Of a stretch of 46,741 bases of DNA, positions 1 to 8,741 are shown piece by piece (the first letter of the stretch is position 1; every line of letters starts with the position of its first letter). The stretch covers positions 1 to 46,741 of IMG/VR virus record IMGVR_UViG_3300030397_000530; one strand, given 5' to 3'. Under the pieces are notes generated by a model. That model was given only the letters and a program-made list of their open reading frames with translations, ran no database searches and was not told the origin of the DNA. Made by a program: the position numbers and the translations under genes. Source of the DNA: a virus (Duplodnaviria > Caudoviricetes).

Positions 1-1
1 G

Positions 2-532
2 TATAATGTCTATGAGGCGGCTAGAATACTTGGTTTGTCTCCGCACCTGCTTTTCGCCCTGGATCGGGCCAATTTCTCCAATATAGAAACCTTAAATCTG
101 GAATACCGGCAATTTACTCTCACTCCGCTGGTGGAATCGATTGAACAGGAATTTACCCGGAAGCTATTCACCAGGGATTCAGAGCGAGGCAGCATCAAAG
201 CAATGCTCGATATGGATGCGTTCTTACGCTCTGATCCGGAAACCAGAATAAAGTATCTGGTCGGATCTGTTCAGAATGGGTTGATGTCATTTAATGAGGC
301 CAGAAGAAAAGAGGGGAATAATAGCCTACCTAATGGAGATCGCAGGATGGTTCCGAAGAACATGTCTTTGCTGGATGAGGATGGCAATATTGTTCCGGAA
401 TCAAGCGAAAGCAACAATATGCAACCTGGGGATATTGACGCAAGCGATTTTGAGAGAATGATCAGGTCGGGAGAATGGAGCGAAGTAAAAGAAAAAAATG
501 GTCATCTAAACGGCCACAGTATAAAGAATTAA
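2..532 (+). CDS. Portal protein, HK97 family (5'-truncated)
   Basis: Frame is open from base 2 (YNVYEAARILGLSPHLL...ANFSNIE...LTPLVESIEQEF...GLMSFNEAR). This is the typical HK97 portal C-terminus, and it lies directly upstream of the protease and capsid genes. Confidence 0.93.
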   Translation, partial: YNVYEAARILGLSPHLLFALDRANFSNIETLNLEYRQFTLTPLVESIEQEFTRKLFTRDSERGSIKAMLDMDAFLRSDPETRIKYLVGSVQNGLMSFNEARRKEGNNSLPNGDRRMVPKNMSLLDEDGNIVPESSESNNMQPGDIDASDFERMIRSGEWSEVKEKNGHLNGHSIKN

Positions 533-535
533 GCT

Positions 536-1498
536 ATGAAACCGAAAATTGAAACCAAAGATATAGAGCGCAGAACCTTTTCTTATGAAGTCAGAGCAGG
601 GGAAAGTGAAGAAAGCAGGACGGTAACAGGCTATGCTGCTGTCTTTAGCTCTCCAAGTGAGTTAATGTGGGGTTTTACAGAGGAAATTGCGCCAGGTGCA
701 TTTGATAGCGTTCTGGATGACGATGTAAGGGCTCTGTTCAACCATGATCCGAATCAGATCCTTGCCCGAACCAAAGCTGGAAACCTTTCGATCAGTGTAG
801 ATGAGCGTGGATTGAAGTATGAATTCGATGCGCCTAACACCACTGCCGGAAATGACCTGCTGATTAATCTTCGGAACGGCAATGTGTCGCAAAGTTCTTT
901 TGGATTCACTGTTGAGTCTGATGAATGGACCTCCAATGGAGATGGAACAGAAAAACGGACGATTACAAAAGTAGGGCGGTTATTTGATGTATCTCCGGTA
1001 ACCTATCCAGCCTATGATACCACAGAAGTCACAGCGCGCAGCCTTCAAGCTGCAAAGGCGGGAAAATCAAGTACTGAAAACCCAAAGGAGTTAAGAACGG
1101 GGCAAATTCGAGTCGAATCCCGTGTGTTCGAAATATACGATTTAGTAGATGCTATTTCGGCCAAATTCAGGGAGCAAAACGGCTGGCCCTTTTACATCTC
1201 CATGATTTTAATTGACGGAACACTGATTCTGAAGAACTGGGAAACAATGATGCTTTTCCGGGCTGAATGGTCTGTTGGCGAGGGCGATGAAATAATCATT
1301 TCAGAGCGCGATGATTGGCAGGAAGTCGAAATGGTTTTTGTGGAGAAAAATAACAGTAAAGCACTATACCAAAGTACAAAAAAACCCAAGCAAGAAAAAA
1401 GAAAAAAACAAACAGAAAATCCGGCGTCTGACCCTGATTTAATTCCAGGAATTGATCGCTGGAGAAAGAAAACAAAACTATTGAAACTGCGAGGGTAA
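536..1498 (+). CDS. Prohead maturation protease (HK97 family) with C-terminal extension
   Basis: Motifs GYAAVF, ALFNHD, SFGF and DVSPVTYPAY in the first ~170 aa, followed by ~150 extra aa. Confidence 0.93.
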   Translation: MKPKIETKDIERRTFSYEVRAGESEESRTVTGYAAVFSSPSELMWGFTEEIAPGAFDSVLDDDVRALFNHDPNQILARTKAGNLSISVDERGLKYEFDAPNTTAGNDLLINLRNGNVSQSSFGFTVESDEWTSNGDGTEKRTITKVGRLFDVSPVTYPAYDTTEVTARSLQAAKAGKSSTENPKELRTGQIRVESRVFEIYDLVDAISAKFREQNGWPFYISMILIDGTLILKNWETMMLFRAEWSVGEGDEIIISERDDWQEVEMVFVEKNNSKALYQSTKKPKQEKRKKQTENPASDPDLIPGIDRWRKKTKLLKLRG

Positions 1499-1531
1499 GA
1501 CCTGAGCAAATAAACACAAATTTTTTAAGCT

Positions 1532-2875
1532 ATGAAAACTGTAAACGAGCTGCTCGACACCCGCGCAGAGCTAATAGAGCAAATGGATGCGGTTGTTGCA
1601 GGAGCAGAACAGGAGAAGCGCGAACTCAGCACAGAGGAAAGCGGTGATCTTGAAAAATGGGAATCTGAGATTGCCCAATTGGATAAGCAAATTGATTTGC
1701 GCAAAAAAGTAGAAGCCCGCAGAGCAAGCCTGGCCGAAGAACGCGCAAAAGTCAATCCGGAACTACGGCACAAAAAGCCAGAGCAGGAGAAGGAAGAAAA
1801 GAAGATCGTTAAGCGTTTTTCCTTTCTCAAGGCTATTGAAAGCCGCCTGAATGGCAAGCCATTGGAGGGTCTGGAAAGAGAAATGCACGAGGAGGCAGTG
1901 AGAGAGGCTCGTCAGTCTGGTACGGTCATCCAGGGAATTGGCGTTCCTTCTTTCTTCTTCAATCGCAACCCAGAAAAACGGGATCTGACAGCCGGAACCA
2001 CTACCGAAGGCGGGTTCACCGTTCAGACCGATGTAGGTGAGCTGATCGACTACCTGTGGCCTCGCCTGGTCACTGAGGAATTAGGAGCTACCATGCTGAC
2101 AGGACTTACCAGTAATGTTGATTTTCCACGCAATGACGCAGTAGCCACCGGAACCTGGGAGGGTGAGAATGATGCCAACGCTGAAAGTTCTCCAACCTTT
2201 GATCGCCTCCAGTTAACTCCGAATCGAGTTGGTACTTATGCCGATGTCTCCAAGCAATTGATCGTACAGTCCACCATCGATGCAGAAGGATTTGTTCGTC
2301 GTAACATCGAACGCGCAATTGCCCAGGCGGTTGATACCGCTGCTATCAATGGATCTGGATCAGGCAACCAGCCTACTGGAATCTTGAATACTTCCGGCAT
2401 TGGTGATGTAGCAGGTGGAACAAACGGTGCTGCTCCTACGTGGCCCAATATTGTAGGTCTGGAAACTGATGTAGCCACTGCAAACGCAGATTTTGGCCGG
2501 TTAGCTTATCTGACCACTCCGGGTATTGCCGGGAAGCTGAAAACCACCGAGAAAGCCACTAACACTGCCCAGTTTGTCTGGATGGACGCCATCAACGGCA
2601 TGGCTGGCGAAGGCCGGTTGAATAACTACCGCTCAATGGTTTCCACCCTGGTTCCTTCTACCCTCACTAAAGGAACAGGAACTGGACTACACGCTATCAT
2701 TTTCGGTAACTGGGAAGAACTGCTGGTTGCTCAATTTGGCGGCATGGATTTGATTGTAGATCCTTATACTCAAGCTACTTCCTCTCTGCTTCGCATTGTA
2801 GTGAATAGCTGGTGGGATATTGGAGTGCGTCATGCTGCTTCTTTCAGCGCAATGAAAGATGCTGATGCAAGCTAA
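1532..2875 (+). CDS. Major capsid protein, HK97 fold
   Basis: N-terminal coiled-coil delta domain, GGFTV, WEGE, GSGSGNQPTGIL, IIFGNW, VDPYT; position after the protease. Confidence 0.95.
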   Translation: MKTVNELLDTRAELIEQMDAVVAGAEQEKRELSTEESGDLEKWESEIAQLDKQIDLRKKVEARRASLAEERAKVNPELRHKKPEQEKEEKKIVKRFSFLKAIESRLNGKPLEGLEREMHEEAVREARQSGTVIQGIGVPSFFFNRNPEKRDLTAGTTTEGGFTVQTDVGELIDYLWPRLVTEELGATMLTGLTSNVDFPRNDAVATGTWEGENDANAESSPTFDRLQLTPNRVGTYADVSKQLIVQSTIDAEGFVRRNIERAIAQAVDTAAINGSGSGNQPTGILNTSGIGDVAGGTNGAAPTWPNIVGLETDVATANADFGRLAYLTTPGIAGKLKTTEKATNTAQFVWMDAINGMAGEGRLNNYRSMVSTLVPSTLTKGTGTGLHAIIFGNWEELLVAQFGGMDLIVDPYTQATSSLLRIVVNSWWDIGVRHAASFSAMKDADAS

Positions 2876-2880
2876 TTCCG

Positions 2881-3132
2881 ATGAATAAGCTAAAGAAAAT
2901 ACGAGTCATAAAACCCAGCACTGGCGCGCCTTTTTTCCTGGGCGCCAGTGTTGGGCAAGTCACTGAAACGTTCGCTGATCTAGCCCAAAAGCTGATCGAA
3001 GCTGGACACGCAGAAGAAGTGAAAGAATCTCAGCGGGTTCCTGCTTACGAAAAAGAGACAGCGACCAGTAAGACACAAGAGGCGGCAACAACTCGCAAGA
3101 GTCGCAAGCCTCGGAAGAAAAAAGACTCATAG
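2881..3132 (+). CDS. Small hypothetical head-associated protein
   Basis: 83 aa between capsid and connector; LIEAGHAEEV motif and basic tail, as often found at this position. Confidence 0.65.
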   Translation: MNKLKKIRVIKPSTGAPFFLGASVGQVTETFADLAQKLIEAGHAEEVKESQRVPAYEKETATSKTQEAATTRKSRKPRKKKDS

Positions 3133-3714
3133 ATGGCATACGAAGTAACGACCGGACCAGCGAGCGAGCCACTGACCAGCACAGAGGTTAAGAATCATCT
3201 GAAGGTTGATTTCACTACAGATGACGACCTGATCACCACTCTGATCGAGTCAGCCAGGCAGTGGGCAGAGGACGAGTTAAACATGGGATTGTTACCACAG
3301 ACAGTTAAGGAAACCTTTGATTGTTTTCCTAAGTCAACTGCTGGTAATCCAAATCAATTGATTTTTCTGTCTCTCTCTCCGGTTCGATCGATTACAGACA
3401 TTACTTACACAGACGAAGACGGCACCCCGGGGCAGACAGTTTCAACTTCTGCTTACACGCTTTCAAGTTATCACAAACCACCTGTTATTGGCCTGAAACT
3501 GGATCAGGAATGGCCCGATACATCAGAGGAGTTAGCTAATGTGATCGTGGAATACACCATCGGATATGATGATACCGATAGTATTCCGAGCAACATTAAA
3601 CAGGCTATGCTGATGAAGATTTCCGAATGGTACGAAAAGAGAGCGGATTATGCAAGTCGCTACAAAAGTGCAGCAGAGAAGCTATTGCACCAGCGTAGAG
3701 TAACTACAGTTTGA
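3133..3714 (+). CDS. Head-tail connector (HK97 gp6-like)
   Basis: EPLT..EVKNHLKVD..DDDLI..LI..AR and IP..IKQAML....WYEKR motifs. Confidence 0.9.
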   Translation: MAYEVTTGPASEPLTSTEVKNHLKVDFTTDDDLITTLIESARQWAEDELNMGLLPQTVKETFDCFPKSTAGNPNQLIFLSLSPVRSITDITYTDEDGTPGQTVSTSAYTLSSYHKPPVIGLKLDQEWPDTSEELANVIVEYTIGYDDTDSIPSNIKQAMLMKISEWYEKRADYASRYKSAAEKLLHQRRVTTV

Positions 3715-3715
3715 C

Positions 3716-4219
3716 ATGCTGGACGATATTGGAAAAATGAATCGAAGGATTGCTTTTTCTGTCCCTCTCCAGGGTGTCAACCCGAATGACGGAGGGCAGA
3801 AATTAACCTGGATAGTCAGCAGTGAGATCTGGGCATCGGTGAACTATCAGAAGGTAGGTACTGACGAACGCTTTTTTGCTGGTCGAGATACAGCAGTCAC
3901 GGCAGTTGATTTCATTATTCGATACCGACAAGGAATACGACCCAATTTCAAAGTGAAATACGACGGTCTTTATTTTGACATTACAGGAGTGCTGGAGGAT
4001 GCAGAAAAGAAATATATCACACTGGAGACAAAGCAGGTTGAACCAGGTCACGATCTGGCACTGACTACTTCAGATGGTCGAACATGGGTAGATGGATCTG
4101 GAAATGCGATAGTGGTTGAAATGGGGAGCGATAGCGGACAGACAGATGAAATCAATTACAAACCACCCTCCACACTGGTTTTTACCGACTCAGAAGGCAA
4201 CACCTTTTCAATGATATAG
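3716..4219 (+). CDS. Head closure / head-tail adaptor (SPP1 gp16-like)
   Basis: IGKMNRRI, WA.V, F.IRYR and FDI..V motifs; synteny; ~60-aa C-terminal extension. Confidence 0.85.
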   Translation: MLDDIGKMNRRIAFSVPLQGVNPNDGGQKLTWIVSSEIWASVNYQKVGTDERFFAGRDTAVTAVDFIIRYRQGIRPNFKVKYDGLYFDITGVLEDAEKKYITLETKQVEPGHDLALTTSDGRTWVDGSGNAIVVEMGSDSGQTDEINYKPPSTLVFTDSEGNTFSMI

Positions 4220-4221
4220 CG

Positions 4222-4761
4222 ATGGCACAGATAATTGATGGAAGGGATTTAAGTCGAATCAATGCCGGGTTTCGGGCGATACTCAAGGATTTTGAAAAAA
4301 AGTCTGAGCAGCGCAAAATATTGACCCCTGCTGCCTCAAAAGTGAGGAAAGTAACCAGGGATAAAGCTCGGCCAAGCGTGTGGTCATATAAACACGCGCC
4401 AAAGAAAACGCAGGGAAACAGAGGTGCGGTAAGTGTGCGATATTCCAATGGCAGGCCAGTAGCTTGGTATTACAAGGGGAATCTAAGGCGGTCTATCAAA
4501 ACATTCCGATTCCGTAGATCAAAGGCGCTATTTGTTGGCCCAACGGTTAGTGGCAGTACCAAAGGGGATATAGGGCTTTCTTTTTCCAATGCAGACGGTT
4601 ATTACGCACAAATGATCTTCGGGAGCGCAAGTGCTTTTTTTGACCGCATCCTAGGGCCGGCACTAGTGCAAGCAGAGCCAGCAGCAAGAGCAGCAGCAGA
4701 GGCAAAGGCTAAGGAATTAGCAGATAAATCAATCAAACGCAATGGCTTCAAAGCTAGGTAA
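4222..4761 (+). CDS. HK97 gp10-like tail completion protein
   Basis: Basic protein with GNLRRSI and YYA motifs, located between the adaptor and the terminator. Confidence 0.75.
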   Translation: MAQIIDGRDLSRINAGFRAILKDFEKKSEQRKILTPAASKVRKVTRDKARPSVWSYKHAPKKTQGNRGAVSVRYSNGRPVAWYYKGNLRRSIKTFRFRRSKALFVGPTVSGSTKGDIGLSFSNADGYYAQMIFGSASAFFDRILGPALVQAEPAARAAAEAKAKELADKSIKRNGFKAR

Positions 4762-5134
4762 CGGAATATACTATTTACTGACGCAGGATAATGGGGTTTC
4801 GGAATTGATCGGAACAAAAGTGCATCCGGGAAAGATTCCAGAAACAACCAGTTTTCCGGCCTGCGCATACAGTAATAATTCTACCCGGCTTTCCACTAAA
4901 GATGCGACAGAAGAAAATGAGGCCACTGTAGGGATAGATATATACGCAAATGAATATGACCTGTGCTATCAGATAGGAAATGCGATCAGTGCAGTCCTGG
5001 ATAGGTACGACGGCACAGCGAATGGTGAAAAAATGGAAATCTACCTAACTAATCAATCGGACGCAGCATGGCAAAGCGAGGTAGAGCAATTTCACCTGCA
5101 ACAAAATTACAAGGTTTGGCATAAGTCAACCTAA
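4742..5134 (+). CDS. Tail terminator (DUF3168-like)
   Basis: IYYLL..D..V..LIG.KVHP...P....FP, IDIYA; immediately before the major tail gene. Confidence 0.8.
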   Translation: MASKLGNGIYYLLTQDNGVSELIGTKVHPGKIPETTSFPACAYSNNSTRLSTKDATEENEATVGIDIYANEYDLCYQIGNAISAVLDRYDGTANGEKMEIYLTNQSDAAWQSEVEQFHLQQNYKVWHKST

Positions 5135-5160
5135 GAATAAAGCTATAAAACTAAAATATC

Positions 5161-5586
5161 ATGGCAATTACTTCAGGAAAGAACTTGCGCTTTCTGGTGG
5201 CTAGTGAGCCGATCGGCTATGCGCAGAGTTCCACGTTTGACGGAGAATGGAGTACAATTAGCGTGACTCATAAGGATACTTCCAATAACTCAGCAGAAGT
5301 TGAACTGGATCAAAAGACCCATTCTTTCTCTGTAGAGGCTTTGTATTCCGAGGATACGACGATTAATTCCAATAACCGCTACACAGCAGTTGAGGTGTAC
5401 GACATTTTTGCTGCCGGCACACTGGTAACGGTAAACTTCCAGGATAGCAGTGATTCAGGTAGTACCAAATACACTTGCTCTGCTTATTGCACGAATATTT
5501 CCATCAATGCAACAGATGGTGAAAAAGCAAGCTATTCAGCCACATTCACTGTTAGCGGAGCAGTTACAAAAGGAACGGTGACATAA
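5161..5586 (+). CDS. Major tail tube protein
   Basis: 141-aa beta-rich Ser/Thr protein with VTHKDT and a C-terminal AY.TNISINA..GEKASYSATFTVSG motif (TP901-1-like tube). Confidence 0.85.
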   Translation: MAITSGKNLRFLVASEPIGYAQSSTFDGEWSTISVTHKDTSNNSAEVELDQKTHSFSVEALYSEDTTINSNNRYTAVEVYDIFAAGTLVTVNFQDSSDSGSTKYTCSAYCTNISINATDGEKASYSATFTVSGAVTKGTVT

Positions 5587-5624
5587 ACTGTTCGCTTTTT
5601 CTTGGATCACAAAACAGGTAAATA

Positions 5625-6011
5625 ATGCTAAGTATAAAATATATCCAGCTCGATAAAGAAAGACCCGCTTTTTTCGGCATGTACGCAATGGCTGAACTGT
5701 CCGAAAGAGAGGGTCTTTCCTTTGATGAACTCCAGAAAAAGATCATCGAGGTATTCAGTGATGAGAACCTGGTTAATCTAGGCGGTGCAGAATTGAAATT
5801 CCTTTTCCGATTAGTAGATACCGGCCTAAAGGTTGGCGCAATGCTGGCTAAAGAGGAACACGACCTGAACGAAGTGTTGTTGGGTAATTTGCTCTTTACT
5901 GTTCCGGGCGCAATGGAGTCAATCGGAAAGGCAATTTCTGAAACCATGCCCAGGCCGCAAACGGAGGAAAAAAAAGTCAAGGCCAGAACGAGCAGGAGCC
6001 GGAAGAAATAA
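5625..6011 (+). CDS. Tail assembly chaperone (lambda G-like)
   Basis: Lies between the tube and tape-measure genes and ends in a slippery A-run. Confidence 0.8.
   Translation: MLSIKYIQLDKERPAFFGMYAMAELSEREGLSFDELQKKIIEVFSDENLVNLGGAELKFLFRLVDTGLKVGAMLAKEEHDLNEVLLGNLLFTVPGAMESIGKAISETMPRPQTEEKKVKARTSRSRKK
5967..5976 (+). other. Programmed -1 ribosomal frameshift site (GAA AAA AAA G)
   Basis: A8 run at 5968-5975. The -1 frame is open from here (KKSQGQNEQEPEEITLDWLQRVC) into the ORF at 6038-6355. Confidence 0.8.
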
Positions 6012-6355
6012 CACTGGATTGGCTGCAAAGGGTTTGCATGGGTAAGATGGGAATGACCAGAGGGGATTTCTATCTATCCACCTGGCGAGAGTTATACAAC
6101 CGAATCAGTGGATTCACGGAGCTGGAGAATGATCGGCAATTAGCAGCAATGGCGAGGACTAGATTGTTGGCTTGTTACACATTTGCGCCCTACTCAAAAA
6201 AGAAACTCAATAAGCCCTCAGATCTGTTCAAGCTCCCTAACGAGGAGGGTTTTAGTGAAATAACCGACGAGGAGCTAGCAGAGATGCGTGAAATGTGGGA
6301 TGCGTATGATAAACGAGTAAAAGCGAAGAAAACTAAAACAGATGGCGAAGTCTGA
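5969..6355 (+). CDS. C-terminal part of frameshifted tail chaperone (GT-like)
   Basis: ORF 6038..6355 is in the -1 frame relative to 5625..6011, with no stop back to the slippery site. Confidence 0.78.
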   Translation, partial: KKSQGQNEQEPEEITLDWLQRVCMGKMGMTRGDFYLSTWRELYNRISGFTELENDRQLAAMARTRLLACYTFAPYSKKKLNKPSDLFKLPNEEGFSEITDEELAEMREMWDAYDKRVKAKKTKTDGEV

Positions 6356-8741
6356 TCTACTCATAAGGATTGGTGCAGATATTCAGAACCTGAAAAAAGG
6401 CATGCAGGGTGCTGTTCGGGAAATGAAACGCGCTGGTAGAGAGTTTACTGAAATCGGTCGCTCCCTGACACTGGGTGTTAGCGCACCTTTGGGTTTAGTA
6501 GGTGCAGCAGCCGTCAAGACTTTTGCTGACTTTGACAAGCTGGAAAAAGGACTCGCAGCGATCACTGGAAGCACATCAGAAGCTAAAAGGCAGTTTAAAG
6601 CCCTGCTGGATGTAACAAAGGACGTACGAACCACACTGGACTTAAAAACCGCTGTTTCTGCCTCTCTTCAATTACAGGCAGTTGGCATCGATGCAGCAAA
6701 TGCCACCAATGCGATTAAGCAGCTCGGTATTGCTGCCACCGTTTCAGGAGCAAGCGTAGATGATATTGGCGAGATCGCCCGGCAGTTCGCTCAAATTGCA
6801 GCCAACGGCAAGGTGTTGCAAGCTGACCTGAGAATTATCCTGCAACGGGTTCCGGCTCTGGCTGCGGTGATTAAAAAGGAATTTGGAACAACCACAGCAG
6901 AAGGACTGAATGATGCAGGAGTGAGTGCGGAGCAATTCATCAAACGCTTGACAGGAGCAATTGAAAAGAATGAGCAGTTTCAGAACGTACAGGCAAGCCT
7001 CGCAAAGACCTTTGAAACCTTTACGCTAGAGGTTCGGTTGGCTGGCGCAGAGCTAGGCAAGACAATTGCTAACTCTATCGGATTACAAGATATACTGCAA
7101 AGAGTATCCAATGTTATTTCCAATCTGGTTCAAGGCTTTTCTAATCTCTCTCCTGTTGTTCAAAAAACCATCCTGACTTATGCTGCTTTAGCGGTTGGAA
7201 TTGGCCCGGTAATTTTTGGACTCGGAACAATCATAAAATTCCTGCCTGTTCTCCGGGTGGGCTTTGCTGCTTTGGGTGGTCCAATTGGTTTAGCTGTGGC
7301 AGCACTCGCAGCTCTTGTTCCGCTTGTAATATCCCTGGCGCAAGGAACAGATCGGGTGACAAAAGCTACCAATGATGCAAGCAAAGCAATCCAGAAAGAA
7401 CAGATTGAAACAGGCTTACTTTTTGACAAACTAAAAGACACGAATGTTTCCCAAGAAGAAAGAGCAAAAATACTGGATGATCTTAAAACAAGGTATCCAG
7501 GCTATTTAGGAAATCTTTCTGTTGAAAAAAGCTCGCTGGAGGATATTGAGAAAGCGCAGGAAGGTGTGAATAAGGCTATTGTCAATCGAATAGCACTTGA
7601 AAAAAAGGCGGTTGCCCAGGGCGAAATCGGGGAAAAGATTGCTAACAAGCTACTAAGGATTGCAGAGCTAGAAAACGGGGAACGCGCAAAAGCCTCTGAA
7701 TTAGCCAGTAGGACATTTATCCGATCACTCCGGCCTAATCAGCAACGCCTGGACTTGATTGCGGCACTTAAAAAAGAGGTTGGAGGTTTAAACGAGGATT
7801 TATCAAAGTTAGATCGGGTTTTCGATCAGGCGTTTGATCTATCCGCTGGTGCATCATCATCTAGCAGTCCATCAATCCCTGACATCACAACGAATGCGAG
7901 TGCTGCTGTTGTTCCAAAATCCCCTAAAAAAGAAGCAGAGAAGATCAAGGAAGCCTATGCAGGTCCATTTGATTTTGTCTCTCTAGCCATCGACAGGGCG
8001 GTTGAATCAGTTAAGCTATTTGGCAGCGGCATTGCCCCGCTATTGACTGACGGTGAGAAGTTGGAAAGGCAGTTGGAGGCGCAAAGTTTATCCTTAGACA
8101 AGCTAGACCAAAGTAGCACATCATACAATGCCACCATAAGAGAATTAAAACAGAATCAGGAAAGCCAAAACGAACAAACCAGGCTTCAAATTATCGAGGC
8201 CAATGCACTACAGGAGCTTTTGCAGGGAATCGGGCAGCAATTGGGCTTGGTATTTGACGAAAACGGACAGGCTTTTATTGACTTCACCTCTATCGGCATC
8301 GACTCGCTAAATGGACTGATTGACGGCTTTGTAAACAGCATAACCAGCGCCAAATCATTCGGTCAGGCAGTTGGTGAGGTGTTTCGGGACTTGTTAGCCC
8401 GGATTGCAAAAGCAGTAGCAGCGGCAGCGGCATTCTCTTTAATTCTAGGCGCATTTAGCGGAGGCGGCAGCCTGTTTTCTGGCTTTGGCGGTAACTTCCT
8501 AAGCATACTGAAAGGAGGTTTTAAAATACCTGGCTTGGCGCGCGGCGGTGTTGTTCCTCCGGGTTTCCCGAATGACTCCTTCCCTGCTTTTCTGAGCAGC
8601 GGAGAGACTGTTTTGCCTTCTCCGAGATCCCTGGATAGTGTATTTGGGAATATTGGGTTAAGAACACTTTTAGCCGGTCAAGACATCCTGTTGGCTTCTG
8701 ACCGATCAGCAAGAAATCGTGAACGAATAAGAGGATATTAA
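6342..8741 (+). CDS. Tape measure protein
   Basis: 799 aa, Ala/Leu/Gly-rich and helical, with hydrophobic stretches; N-terminal LLIRIGAD and C-terminal PGLARGG...GE motifs; follows the chaperone. Confidence 0.92.
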   Translation: MAKSDLLIRIGADIQNLKKGMQGAVREMKRAGREFTEIGRSLTLGVSAPLGLVGAAAVKTFADFDKLEKGLAAITGSTSEAKRQFKALLDVTKDVRTTLDLKTAVSASLQLQAVGIDAANATNAIKQLGIAATVSGASVDDIGEIARQFAQIAANGKVLQADLRIILQRVPALAAVIKKEFGTTTAEGLNDAGVSAEQFIKRLTGAIEKNEQFQNVQASLAKTFETFTLEVRLAGAELGKTIANSIGLQDILQRVSNVISNLVQGFSNLSPVVQKTILTYAALAVGIGPVIFGLGTIIKFLPVLRVGFAALGGPIGLAVAALAALVPLVISLAQGTDRVTKATNDASKAIQKEQIETGLLFDKLKDTNVSQEERAKILDDLKTRYPGYLGNLSVEKSSLEDIEKAQEGVNKAIVNRIALEKKAVAQGEIGEKIANKLLRIAELENGERAKASELASRTFIRSLRPNQQRLDLIAALKKEVGGLNEDLSKLDRVFDQAFDLSAGASSSSSPSIPDITTNASAAVVPKSPKKEAEKIKEAYAGPFDFVSLAIDRAVESVKLFGSGIAPLLTDGEKLERQLEAQSLSLDKLDQSSTSYNATIRELKQNQESQNEQTRLQIIEANALQELLQGIGQQLGLVFDENGQAFIDFTSIGIDSLNGLIDGFVNSITSAKSFGQAVGEVFRDLLARIAKAVAAAAAFSLILGAFSGGGSLFSGFGGNFLSILKGGFKIPGLARGGVVPPGFPNDSFPAFLSSGETVLPSPRSLDSVFGNIGLRTLLAGQDILLASDRSARNRERIRGY

